From positions 53,258,001 to 53,322,000 of the forward strand of contig NC_135818.1 in assembly GCF_964213995.1 (NCBI RefSeq): a stretch of 64,000 bases of DNA, in the 5' to 3' direction. The stretch's first letter is position 1; every line of letters begins with the position of its first letter. Source of the stretch: Mustelus asterias. Its lineage: Eukaryota. Below are positions 13,850-25,309 of the stretch, one piece after another. The position numbers and the translations under genes are program-made. The notes beneath the pieces were generated by a model. The model had not been told where the DNA came from and ran no database searches. It saw only the letters and a list, made by a program, of their open reading frames with translations.

Positions 13850-14785
13850 TCCACATCACCATGCCAGACGATCAATGCGGCAAGCTAGGAAAATGGTGTG
13901 CGAAGCTAAAAATCCGATTTGCACCCGGCACAAAACAGTTTCTGATCTCCCCCTTCTGAGTGACGTGAATCACTTCGCACCAAGAAAAGTAGCAAACTTA
14001 TTAGCTGAGATTCACTGAATTTCAATATTATTAGGGAGATTGGCCCATTTGCTTCCCCCCTCCCAATGCTTCCCACCTCTCCAGCAAGGCATCATGCAGG
14101 TACGAATCACTGGGCACACCGTTGTGGGGGGGGGGGCGGCGCGCTCAGAGGCCATCAAGGTTACTGGGTGGTCGGGGAGGGCATGATCAGACAGTGCCCA
14201 TCGGGTAGTGCCCAGACACCCAGACAGTGGACATCAGGCATCGCTGGCGTGCCAGGGCAGTGGGGGCAATGATAGGAGGGGGCTCTGCAGAAGGGTCATG
14301 CAGGGATGGATCGCGAAGGAGGTCATGACAGAGGGGAATGGGGGCATGTCAAGAGTGCAGATTGGGGGGGCGGGGGGGGGTGAGCATGAGTTCAGCTAGG
14401 TAACCCATTGAGAGAGCCCTGATGTCCCGATGTGGGCGACCCCACTGGGGGGGGGGGAGACATGCTGCCGATGAAAGGGGGAGAACATGCCGCTGATGAA
14501 AGGGGGTCCGATGTTGATAGAACGTGGGAGGGTCTCCCAATGCACTGAGAGATCAGGGTACCCTTGCGAAATGGCAGCCAAGCTCTCTGAAGCCAGTTCC
14601 ACCAAAGTGTTTACGCACCCCCCCTTCCTCCCCTCCGCCATACCAGCACCAAGCTCCCATCTCTTCAAAAAAGTGACTTGTGTCAAAAGATTGCGATACA
14701 GAGCGCACCTGAGCGACCCGGCGCAATTCACTCCATGTTTCTCACCGTTATAACACTTAGTAATCTTTTAGGAAATATCCGTCTT
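13850..14785. mobile_element. GC-rich element related to the Harbinger-like TIR family
   Basis: G-tract-rich body; terminal ACACTTAGTAATCTTTT resembles the ends of the other copies. Confidence 0.4.
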
Positions 14786-15654
14786 CATCTTTTAAGTTTA
14801 GGGGGAATTTGGGAGAAATTAACAAGGTAATATCTGAATTCTTTACGGCATTCATGTTAAGGAGTAAATTGGAATTAAGAGGAATAAACATTTTAAATAC
14901 GTATGCCGAAAGCTCCTAATGGTTAGTACATTATTATTCTGACTAAATGTTAACTCTGTTTCTCTCTCAGATAATGCCTGATCTGATCATCTTCAGCATT
15001 TTCTGTTTTCATTTCAGATTTCTGGTATCGGCGGGATTTTGCTTCTCCACCCTTCTACTTTGTTTGCCACAAGTCGATCCTCAGCACCATAGCTAAATAA
15101 AGCACCTGTTCTTTAATTTAAGTGCTCCTTTTGGAGATTAAGGCTAGCCAGGATGGATTTCTAAAGGTAGACTATGCTCGACTAATTGAATTCTTTGATG
15201 ACGCAACAGAGAAGGCTGATGAAGGGCATGCAATGGGTGTTTATATAGATTATAAGGCTAGTTAACAAAATATTGTAGACCAAGTGAATCGAGAAGCTTG
15301 GCATGTGGATTGAGTATGAACACCAAGAAGAGAAAAACAACGGTAGTCGGAAGGACTACATTAGAAGAAACAAAAGTGAACATTAAAATTAATAGTGCCA
15401 CACTGTAACAAGGAGGTAAAATGTGTCTACTTAGTACAAATAATAACAGAAGGTAACAGATGCAATGGCGAAATCAGACGGATAGAGATGGTCAGAAGTA
15501 ATTTCTTCATGATGAATGATGTGTTAACAAGAAAACTCAAGCATTTAATAAGGAAATGACTTCATGTGCTACATTCTATCCACTTTCCTGTACACCTCAA
15601 AACCTGGACAATAATATAGATTTGTGGAAGATGATGCATGCTTAAAATTTCATA

Positions 15655-15758
15655 ATGTGGAGATGCCGGCGTTGGACTGGGGTAAACACAGTAACAGTTT
15701 TAACAACACCAGGTTAAAGTCCAACAGGACTTTAACCTGATGTTGTTAAAACTGTTAC
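15655..15758. mobile_element. Fold-back mini-insertion from a Penelope-like element terminus
   Basis: Shares AGTTT(T)AACAACACCAGGTTAAAGTCCAACAGG with the element end at 47482 onward; 12-bp TSD TAAAATTTCATA (15643-15654 / 15759-15770). Confidence 0.75.
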
Positions 15759-16071
15759 TAAAATTTCATATACAGACCAGAAAACAAATGAAAACCAGAG
15801 GGTTGTGAATGCCCCAATATTGAATACATTTAAGGCCGGGATAGACAGATTTTTGGTCTCTCAGGGAATTAAGGGATATAGGGAGCAGGCAGGAAAATGG
15901 AGTTGAAGCCCAAGTTCAGCCATGATCGTGGAGCAGGCTTGATAGTTTGTGAGATCTACTCCTGCTCCTATTTCACATGTTCTTATAAATCTACCTTAAC
16001 TAACTCTGCTCCAAGGAGAACAATCACAGTTTCACTAATCATTGCCACAAAGATACTTCTTGAGAAATCAT

Positions 16072-16956
16072 GAGGGCAATTCTCCCGTCCCGCTGTGTTA
16101 ATTTTTTAGCGCAGCAGGCTGGGAGAATCGCGTCAGCTGATTCGCGGGATTCCCGCGAGCATTCTCCCAGGCCCGGATTTCTGGCAGAAATCGGCTGGGA
16201 GGCGGGGCTAGTTAAATAGTATTTAACATACTATTTAAATGCAATTAGCAGGCTCAGGACCGAATTCTCGGGCCTGCAAGCATCTCCCACCCCGCCAGGA
16301 GTATTTCACTCCAGCGGGGTTCAGACGAGCTCCCCACTTTTGGGGAACTAGTGGGACGACCTCGCTGGAGTGAAGGGGGGGCAATCGGGACCTCCGGGGG
16401 GGGGGGGGTGTCAGGCAGGCGGCGGGGCTAGTGCCCCCTGAGCATGGACACCCTGGCAGAGCTAGTCTGTGCCCCCTGGCACGGCAAAATGTGCCCATGC
16501 TCAGGGGACACCAAGGCACTGCCCATTGGGGAACAGGGCCTAAGGAGTGATCAGTAGGGGTGGGGGGGTCCCGCTGCCACTCTGCATTGGGATCCAGTCA
16601 GGGCACAAGGAAGGCCAACAATCAGAGCGGGCTAGGGGTGGGGGGTCATCACTGCTGTGGGGGTGGGGGGACCGCTGCAATCAGCACTGTGGAGGTCCCA
16701 GCTTGACCAGCGATCAAGCTGGCCAGCAGAGAGGGAGGCTGACAGTTCGGGGACACTGCACATGTGCAGAGGCCCGCTGGTTTCAGCCTCCCGGATGGGA
16801 ATAGGCCCCTTGCCCTGAAATCTAATGATATTCACACTGGTGACCTCTGCATTGCACAGAGTGTGGGAGATTTTAGTGTGAACCCCCATTGAAAAAAATA
16901 GCGTGAATTACTCCAGATTTCCCACAAATTAGAACTTTTTTGGGAGAATCCCAGTC
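16072..16956. mobile_element. GC-rich TIR element (Harbinger-like), opposite orientation to 3688-4454
   Basis: Ends GGGCAATTCTCCCGTCCCG ... TTTTTGGGAGAATCCCAGTC; possible TSD CAT. Confidence 0.6.
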
Positions 16957-17027
16957 CATATCTCAATATTAAGTTACACTATTTGATATCCTTATTTCCT
17001 GAATTAATGACTGAAGTAAAAGCTTAC

Positions 17028-17152
17028 TTTATTATATCTGGCAATTGTGGATCCTTATAAATGTAGTTATGCTTATATCCAAGAAATCCAGGAAATGCAA
17101 CAAACTTTACTTGTCTTCCCAATATCCGTGAATCCAGTAGACTTTCATAGAG
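17028..17152 (-). CDS. ABHD12B: ABHD12-family exon 12 (LYESLLDSRILGRQVKFVAFPGFLGYKHNYIYKDPQLPDIIK; catalytic His)
   Basis: cag|...|gtaagc; matches ABHD12 LGYRHKYIYKSPELP. Confidence 0.92.
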
Positions 17153-17946
17153 CTGTACAAATATATGGAAAAAAAACAAATGAATGAGACATTTGTAGAC
17201 TAAGTGATTTGAAAATGCTTTTCCAGTAAGCATTTGTTTATTTATTTATAAATCACTTATCAGGCCCATCCTTCTCTTTTTAATTTGTACTGTACTGGTA
17301 AAATAATAGAATTCACAATGTTCAACCATTATGGTCCCAATACATAATATCTGGGATGCAGGCAATGCTGTCAAACGCATGTTTATTGCCCAACTCTAGC
17401 TGCCCTGAGGTGGTGGTGGTGGATTTTGTCCTTGAACTACAGCAATCCCCGTGATGATGACTGTGCTCTTGCAATGGTGCCATGTAGGGAATTAAAATTC
17501 CAAATAATTTTGAGATGTTGTGAGAATATAAAATTGCTTTAAAAATACAAGTTTATCTTTTATGTGAAAGGATGAAACGGAGAGAGAATCTCATAGGGTG
17601 GTGTACAAGATAGTAAATACTACAGAAAGGATAAATCTGGAATATTACTTCAAATTACACCACAAATCATAGATTAAAAGTATTCAATTTCAAACTAGCT
17701 AAAGGTAAATTAAAGACACTCAAAAATAACCACAAATCTAACAAGTTTCTGGATAGGGTGGTTGAAATAAAAATCTTAATCATTTAGGAAATAAACCTAT
17801 GATGCGGAAATGCAATTTAATGATCGCCTTCATTGTTACCAATCTTGTGAATGTTGCTACTGGTTAGTAAATCACAAGTGTCAAAATAAACCCTAGCCTG
17901 CATTCTATGAATAACATAGTGAAAGAAGCAGTTACATCCAGTGTAC

Positions 17947-18025
17947 CTTTTTGCCCAACTCAAATGGTATGATGTTATCATCTTCAGCATGCAGAATCAA
18001 CACAGGAGTAGAAATTGACTGCAGA
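17947..18025 (-). CDS. ABHD12B: ABHD12-family exon 11 (LQSISTPVLILHAEDDNIIPFELGKK; catalytic Asp)
   Basis: tag|...|gtacac, 79 bp; LILHAEDD motif. Confidence 0.93.
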
Positions 18026-18705
18026 CTAAAGTGAAAAGATAAATTTGGCTAATTGAAATAAAGCAAAGAATACATTCATGCACAAATCAACACAAAATGT
18101 TCAATGTTGTAATATGGGCAATATGTAAACTCATACAAGTAGAGGGCTACAGAGCAAAGATGGATAAATGGAGTTGAGGTACAGATAAGTCATGAATTAA
18201 TTGAATGCTGGAACAGACTCAAGGGGCTGAATGGCCTACTTTGTTCCCAATATTCCTAAAATTAATGTGTAAAGAATCAATACATTAACTCATACAGAAC
18301 ACAAGGAATCTCTACATTACCAGAGACGTGTGGGTTTGGTTGATTGGCCATGCTAAATTACCCCTTAGTGTCAGGGGATTAGCAGGATAAAAATGTGGGG
18401 TTACAGGGGTAGGGCCTGGGTGGGAATGTGGTCAGTTAAGACTCGATGGGTCAAATGGCCTCCTTCTGCACTGTAGGGATTCTATGACTCCACAGATATG
18501 ATAGTCAAACAATCAATAAGCTTGCAACCATTTACTCCCGAGGCTAAGCCTTTTGCATCATGTTATCAGGCAGTACTTCCTAGTCAATAAATTCAATTAA
18601 ATCATAGAACAATACTGAAGGCCATTCAGCTCATTGCCCAAATGCCAGCTCTATGAAAGAACTAACTCATTTGACCCATTCTCTTGCCCCTTCACCATAT
18701 CCATA

Positions 18706-18955
18706 GGGCAGCACGGTGGCACACTGGTTAGCACTACTGCCTCACAGCGCCAGGGTTCAATTCCCAGCTAGGTCACTGTCTGCGGAGTCTGCATGTTCTC
18801 CCCGTGTCTGCATGGATTTCCTCCTGCAGTCTAAAAGGCGTGCTGGTTAGGTGGATTGGCCATGCTAAATTCTCCCTCAGTGTACCCGAACAGGCGCTGG
18901 AGTGTGGCGACTAGGGGATTTTCACAGTAACTCCATTGCAGTGTTAATATCAGCC
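18706..18955 (+). mobile_element. V-SINE subfamily with an alternative 3' tail (also 20866-21140 + and 37555-37850 -)
   Basis: HE1-like head and V-domain followed by GGAGTGTGGCGACTAGGGGATTTTCACAGTAAC... Confidence 0.75.
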
Positions 18956-19369
18956 ATATGAATGTTTCCTCTTCAAGTATTAATCCAATTCTCTTTTCAA
19001 AATTATTATTGAACTTGCTTCCCCCAACTATCAGTCAGTGTATCTAGATCATAACTTCTGTCGGGTAAAAGTTCATCTTTCTGGCCTCTGGCTCTCAATT
19101 TTCCTAACTCCTTTATGAATTCAAATTAAGTTTCCCCTTAACTTTCTCTGCTGTAAGAAAAACCCAGCTCCTCTCGGTCAACACGTTACTGAAGTCCCAC
19201 ATCCTTTATCATTTTAGTAAATATTCACCCAGTCCAATGATTTGACATCCTTAAAATATTAGGCCCAGAAATGGACACAGGAGTCCAGCAAAGCACAACC
19301 TCCTTGCTTTTGTATTATATGACTTTTTGTGATGTAATAGAGAAGTAAACATATTTCCCTGATGACTCA

Positions 19370-21190
19370 ATGGTGCAATTGTCCATTTTTTTTACTAAGT
19401 GTAGTGGCGGTGGTTCTGGCAGCACCATTATGTTGGTCAGAATGGCATGAACTCATGCTCGATTCCACACTTGGGGCCTCATTAACTAGACACGAGCAAG
19501 CATCTCTCTGAATCACCTGGCGAGTCAGGAGTTGATTCTTCCACCAACCGTCAGTGGGTTCAAAGGTCCGAGCGCCAGTCCAGCACTTTCAAATCACTCT
19601 CTCCAGCCCGCTTGTCTTCACGAGACTGTGCAAGATATCAGAAGGCAAAAGGCTAGCAGCCTCAAGAAGAAATCTGCACTATGTTTCAATCACCATGCCC
19701 TCGAGGCCTTGATTCAAGGTGTCCAGGCACAGAGGCATGTACACTACCCCATGGATGGCTCGAGAAAGCACAGCAACCTCACCTCTCCAGCGTGGCTGGC
19801 AAATGCACCAGAACAATCCGTGCAGGAAGCAGATGGAGGATCTCATCCACTTTGCCAGGTTAAGTCCTCTCTCAACTCCCTCCAGCATCAAACTCTAAGC
19901 ATGGCGTCATGTACTCAAACAGCAACTCTGTTCATAGATCTCACACATCTATTAGCTGGGGTTACACATCAACACTCATACTCTCACAGGCACTTTCACA
20001 TCATCACCATTCCATTTGTTATGCTGCTCACACTCCATCCTCTGGCCCTTCTGGGGAGAGCTCAACCCACAGGGGACATACGTTTCACCCAACCTCTGCT
20101 CCATCCATCTGATCACATGCCTTATCTTTTATCTTCATACAGGGCAAGCTGGCACATAACAAACATGAGCGAGCCTGGACTGGGAGAGGGACAGCAGCAA
20201 TCACTGCCCTCATGGAATTCGAGGAGACTGCAGCTGAGCTTGCTGGAGAGGACAAGGATTGCTCCTATGATGATGCGGAGATTGACTTCTCCCAACAACC
20301 TAGTACAAATCTCATCTCCATCACTTCCATCAAACCCTGAGAATCACAACGAGTCAAATGAGCTCTGAAGTAGCTTCAGCTCATCCACTAAAACTGTCAT
20401 TGATTGCTTGCAGGGACCAGTAGATCAAGGCCATCCATACAGCTGAGCAGAACATGTCCCTGAAGCACAACTGAAGATGAGGAGGCCCACAAAGAATTGT
20501 CACAGTGCTCACCTACACCTTTCACCAGCGCAGAGACACACACATTGGTGGGGTGGAGCTCTGTTAGTCTCAGGGTCAATTTTTGGAGAACACCTCACAG
20601 GCAGTCGGAGGCAGGGACAGCCCAGGTCTCCGGAATTTGGAGACAGACCAGTTGGAGACCAGAAACCTGCTCAGTCCCAATCAGATTATGAGTCTCTGGA
20701 AGTACCGCCAGCTCACTGGTGGAGATGTAATGACAGGTGGCCAACATCAGGCAGAGATTCGACAGTCATTCAAGAGGCTAGAGCGAACATTGGAGGAGTC
20801 CATTCACATTCTGTCTGATATCTTTAATATGTGAGCACCTCGAGGCCACCATGGGAAGGTTGGTGACATGGTGGCACAGTGGTTAGCACTGCTGCTTCAT
20901 AGTGCCAGGGACCCGGGTTCAATTCCTGGCTTGGGTCACTGTCTGTGTGGAGTTCGCATGTTCTCCCTGTGTCTGAGTGGGTTTCCTCCGGGTGCTCCAG
21001 TTTCCTCCCACATTCTGAAAGACGTGCTGGTTAGGTGCATTGACCCGAACAGGCACCTGACTGTGGCGACTAGGGGAATTTCACAGTAACTTCATTGCAA
21101 TGTTAATGTAAGCCTTACTTGTGACTAATAAATAAACTACTTTACTTTACCATGGAGACTTTGGTCCAGCCGGATTTTCACTCAGCCCTG
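19370..21190 (+). mobile_element. Harbinger/PIF transposon relic with a decayed, spliced Myb/SANT-like gene
   Basis: KKKSALCFNHHALEALIQGVQAQRH...AWL, then (frameshift) CRKQMEDLIHFAR, intron, GKLAHNKHERAWTGRG. Confidence 0.65.
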
Positions 21191-21964
21191 CCAGGCTCAA
21201 AGGATAAATATTGAAGTTTCAAAAACAGATTTAGAAGAACAACAACAGAAGAAGAAGAGGATACCTCAAGCTCTAAGCTCGATGAAGTCTGACCCCTTCC
21301 CACGCCTGTCCAGCACAAGTGAGTAGAGACACCCCTACAGGTCCCATAGATAAGTATAAGGAGTTAAAATCTATGTTTGCGAATACAAGATTTATAGGGG
21401 AATAGAAGCATTTACTTGTGATACAGTGTAAGAGAGTCAGTGTTGTAGCAGTACATTTTCCTAATAAAGATGTGATTTGATTTAAAGATAAAGTTTTTGT
21501 GTCGATCAATTAACTGGAGCAAGGATCTTGGTTAACACACCCTTTTCAAATAGTGGGGCTACATTAGCAACCCTCCAATCTGTAGGAACTGTTTCAGAGA
21601 TGGGAGAATTGGCCCAATGAGTAGCTGATCAATATAAATCAAGATGGCTCTGGTTCACTTGTAACTTTAGACAGGGCTTCGGACCCTCCTCTTTGGGGAG
21701 CTGAAAATTCATTTTCTGATTTCCATTCAGCAAATCTGGTAGGAAGGACAATGGAGAGGATAACAATGGGTTTAGAAGTAAATATCCTTATGATTGTTAA
21801 GTCCACAACCAAATCTGAACCTAAGCAGTAAATGAAGAAAAATAACAAAGATAACAGCGAAAAAGTGGCAGAAAGAGGGCATTATAGGCAACTAAGCATT
21901 GTAACTGTTATGGGTTACTTTGTTATCTACTCATTACACCATTATATCAAAAGTTGTTTCATCA

Positions 21965-22680
21965 CTATCATCGACTTCAGGAAGTATACTGGAGAACATG
22001 CCCCTGTCTACATCAATGGGGACCAAGTAGAAATGGTCGAGAGCTTCAAGTTTTTAGGTGTCCAGATCACCAACAACAACCTGTCCTGGTCCCTCCATGC
22101 TGACACTATAGTTGAGAAAGTCAACCAATGCTTCCACTTTCTCAGAAAACGAAGGAAATTTGGCATGTCCACTACCATTCTCACCAACTTTTACAGATGC
22201 ACCATGGAAAGCATTCTTTCTGGTTGTATCACAGCTAGGTATGGCTCCTGTTCTGTCCAAGACTGCAAGAAACTACATAGGATCATGAACAAAGCCCAGT
22301 CCATCACTCAAACAAGTCTCCCACCCATTGACACTGTCTACACTTCCCGCTGCCTTGGAAAAACAGCCAGCATAATTAAAGACCCCCTGCACCCCGGATA
22401 TACTCTCTTCCACCTTCTTCCATTGGGAAAAATATACAGAAGTCTGAGGACATCTACCAACCGACTCAAGAACAGCTTCTTCCCTGCTGCCATCAGACTT
22501 TTGAATGAACCTACTTCGCATTAAGTTGATCTTTCTCTGCACCCTAGCTATGACTGTAACACTCCATTCTGCACTCTCTCCTTTCCTTCTCTATGAATGG
22601 TATGCTTTGTCTATATAGCACATAAGAAACAATACTTCTCACTGTATACTAATACATGTGACAATAATAAATCAAATCAG
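21965..22680 (+). mobile_element. Rex1/Babar-type LINE 3' fragment
   Basis: IIDFRK...VESFKFLGVQIT...NFYRCT.ESILSGCITA.YG...RLKNSFFPAAIRLLN; tail TGTGACAATAATAAATCAAATC. Tail pieces also at ~41330-41380 and ~53265-53425. Confidence 0.85.
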
Positions 22681-22704
22681 TTAATAAAGTTGCATCTTAC
22701 TTAC

Positions 22705-22787
22705 TTTTCAACATTATCAAAGAAAATATTATTTTCTGTTATTGTATCCATAAAGAACCATTCAAATCCAGGGAAAAGTTTGTAGTA
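22705..22787 (-). CDS. ABHD12B: ABHD12-family exon 10 (YYKLFPGFEWFFMDTITENNIFFDNVE)
   Basis: cag|...|gtaagt, 83 bp; FPGF.WFF.D.I motif. Confidence 0.93.
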
Positions 22788-23966
22788 CTGTAGGAAGGAT
22801 AAACTGTTAGAATAGTAAAAGGGTACATGCCTTTGTTTTGTGTCTCAAATTGGTTCACTTGGTAGGTCCTACACAGCCGAGTTAAATATAGTTAGTTAAA
22901 GCCCGCACTAAAACTTGGACATCTAATTATGCTGATGCTCTGGTATGACATTGAGAAAATTCTTCTTCCATTCGCAAAGGTGCAAGGAAATTCCAAAATT
23001 TGATTTGCTTGAAATGGAGTTAGTTGGGGGGGAGGGTGCGTGAAGGTGGGATTGCCAGCACCTCATCAACATGACTAAGCGATTGGACTTCAGCAGTGTG
23101 CCTTAGCCCAAAACATTAGACGGTCACCACCCATTGCACATTTCCTCATATCAACCCCATGACATCTCAGTGAGAATGCCAATTCGATGGCATTACTGCG
23201 CTGAGTTCATACTTTCTAGGTTTGATTTAGAGTTGGCTGATATTCATAGAATCCCTACAGTGCAGAGGGATGCTATTTGGACCATCGAATCTGCACCAAC
23301 CACAATCCCACCCAGGCCCCATTCCCGTAACCCCACATATTTATCCTACTAATCCCCCTGACACTAAGGGGCAATTTAGACATGGCCAATCAACCTAATC
23401 TAATATTGCCCAAAATAATTTTGTTTAAAGCTCCATGGCTCTCAGAAAATAATCTCATCCCCTTGGACTGGGCTAGATTTAAACTGAAGGTGAAACCTGA
23501 TGCAGTATCAGTTGTGTTTTGAGACAATTGCAATTTTCCAATGTTGAAACGCTTTCTGGTTTCCTGAACCCAAATAAATAGTCAACTAAGAATAAGGGTG
23601 GGTACAGCAGTGTTGGAACTGGCAGGAGCTTACCCAGCCCACAGACTTGCTCAGTCTTTCACAAGTTGCAAAGGAGACACTAAAACATTAGTATCATTGA
23701 ATTCAGCTACAACATAAATCTTAGCATTGCTTCTAAAATGTTACACTTCAGAAACTGTTAATGCAGCAATGGATTCTTGGCAAAAGATATTCTCAACTGA
23801 AAGGTACAAAGATAGTAAAAATGAAATCAGAAGAAATGGTCAAAACTGGTAAAAAAAATTAAATACTTTCTCAGAAAACTAAGGAAATTTGGCATGTCCA
23901 CAATAATTGAATGTCTTTTTTCCACACTTTTGCAGAGGTATGGCACAAATAAACATTCCTACATAC

Positions 23967-24046
23967 CACAGCAAATGGGTGATGGGCCACTTCTTCTCGC
24001 ATTGAGGTAAATGGAGCTTCCAGTATAATAGCATCAGCTGGGCTTC
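23967..24046 (-). CDS. ABHD12B: ABHD12-family exon 9 (GSPADAIILEAPFTSMREEVAHHPFAV)
   Basis: tag|...|gtatgt, 80 bp; DA.ILE.PFT..REE...HPF motif. Confidence 0.93.
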
Positions 24047-24221
24047 CTACTTAATAAAACACAGATTTCCAATGGAATATTAAATTCAGTCTTCCATCCA
24101 TTTAGATTGAGAAAACATCTCCACTGTTGGCTCAATGAGTAACTCAGTGATACACATCAGAAAGTTTCCATTAAATTCCCAGCCTGTGTTGAGTTAACTG
24201 ATCTTAACCTGGATAACAGTA

Positions 24222-24345
24222 GAGTTCTGAGGAAAGGTCATTGACTTGATTAACTCTGTTTCTCTTTCCACAGATACTACCGGACCTGTTGAATATTTCC
24301 AGCATTTTCTTCTGTTATTTCAGATCTTCAGTATTTTATTTTTGC
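24222..24345 (+). mobile_element. Old Penelope-derived short element with a decayed hammerhead motif
   Basis: AGTT CTGAGGA A AGGTC ATT GACTT GA--TT AACT followed by the reverse complement of the 45396-45490 family sequence. Confidence 0.5.
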
Positions 24346-24707
24346 AGCAGCTGTTTATTCCTGTTTAAGGGAGGAGAAAGTCGAGTGGATTTCCTTCCTG
24401 ATCCAGTGATCCGTGCTAGAATGAGTGCATCTTAAGTAATGGCAACATTACACTATGGGTAAATAAACTGTTAGCATTGATCATCAATCAGACATCCACA
24501 GTAAGCACTGAGGTGAATTAGCTGAGGCGTGAAATCGTAGCCCATGAAGCCACTGCTATTTTTGGAAAGAGAGAGGAAGGAAGAAGCCTAACAGGGATAA
24601 AGATTTCTGATGTTTAACAAGTGCTTCATAATATTTGTGAAACCATTTGTTATCACGCGATTGAATAAGTGAAGATTACTGAGCTTTAGAAAATGTTATG
24701 CTTTTAC

Positions 24708-24745
24708 CTTTCTCATGTAGGATCCGTGCAGTGTTTGTAGCAACA
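24708..24745 (-). CDS. ABHD12B: ABHD12-family exon 8 (VATNTARILHEK)
   Basis: cag|...|gtaaaa, 38 bp; phases match both neighbours; VATN motif. Confidence 0.9.
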
Positions 24746-25309
24746 CTGTAAATGAAAAGGAAAATGTTTGTAAAGCATTATATTATCCTAGATTTGGTCA
24801 TTTCCATTTCCCGTGTTCCCATGGTCACAAAAATAAACGTCTGGCAGCAATACGCCTCGAAGTTATTTAGTGGATGGATTAATAGATAAAATCACCTATT
24901 TTCATCTCGAGATCTACACCCCTTTCTCACTGATTCTGAAAGAGCAAGTTTCACCTGCATCACTGTTCCTCAACATGCCTCCTAATAACCAAAGGAAGTG
25001 AATCTTTAAATTCTTCTAAAATAATCACCTCTCTAAGGGTTTCATATGTTTTGTCTATCTTTAACACCCATATCCAACTGTCAAAATTATTTTGCTTATC
25101 TAAAATTAAGAATCTACTGATGACCATGAAACCATTGTTGACTGTCGGAAAAACCTATCTGGTTCACTAATGTCCTTTAGGGAAGGAAATCTGCTGTCCT
25201 TATCTGGTCTGGCCTACACATGACTCTAAAACCACAGCAATGTGGTTGACCCTCTTGAAGATCTACTCCTCAAGCGACACCCATGTCCCACGAATGAATA
25301 AAAAAAACT

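Noticed and set aside
19532-20368. 278-aa ORF as a novel host gene
   Set aside because: It starts at TTG. Only a short part resembles Myb/SANT; the rest reads through an intron and off-frame through a decayed transposon.
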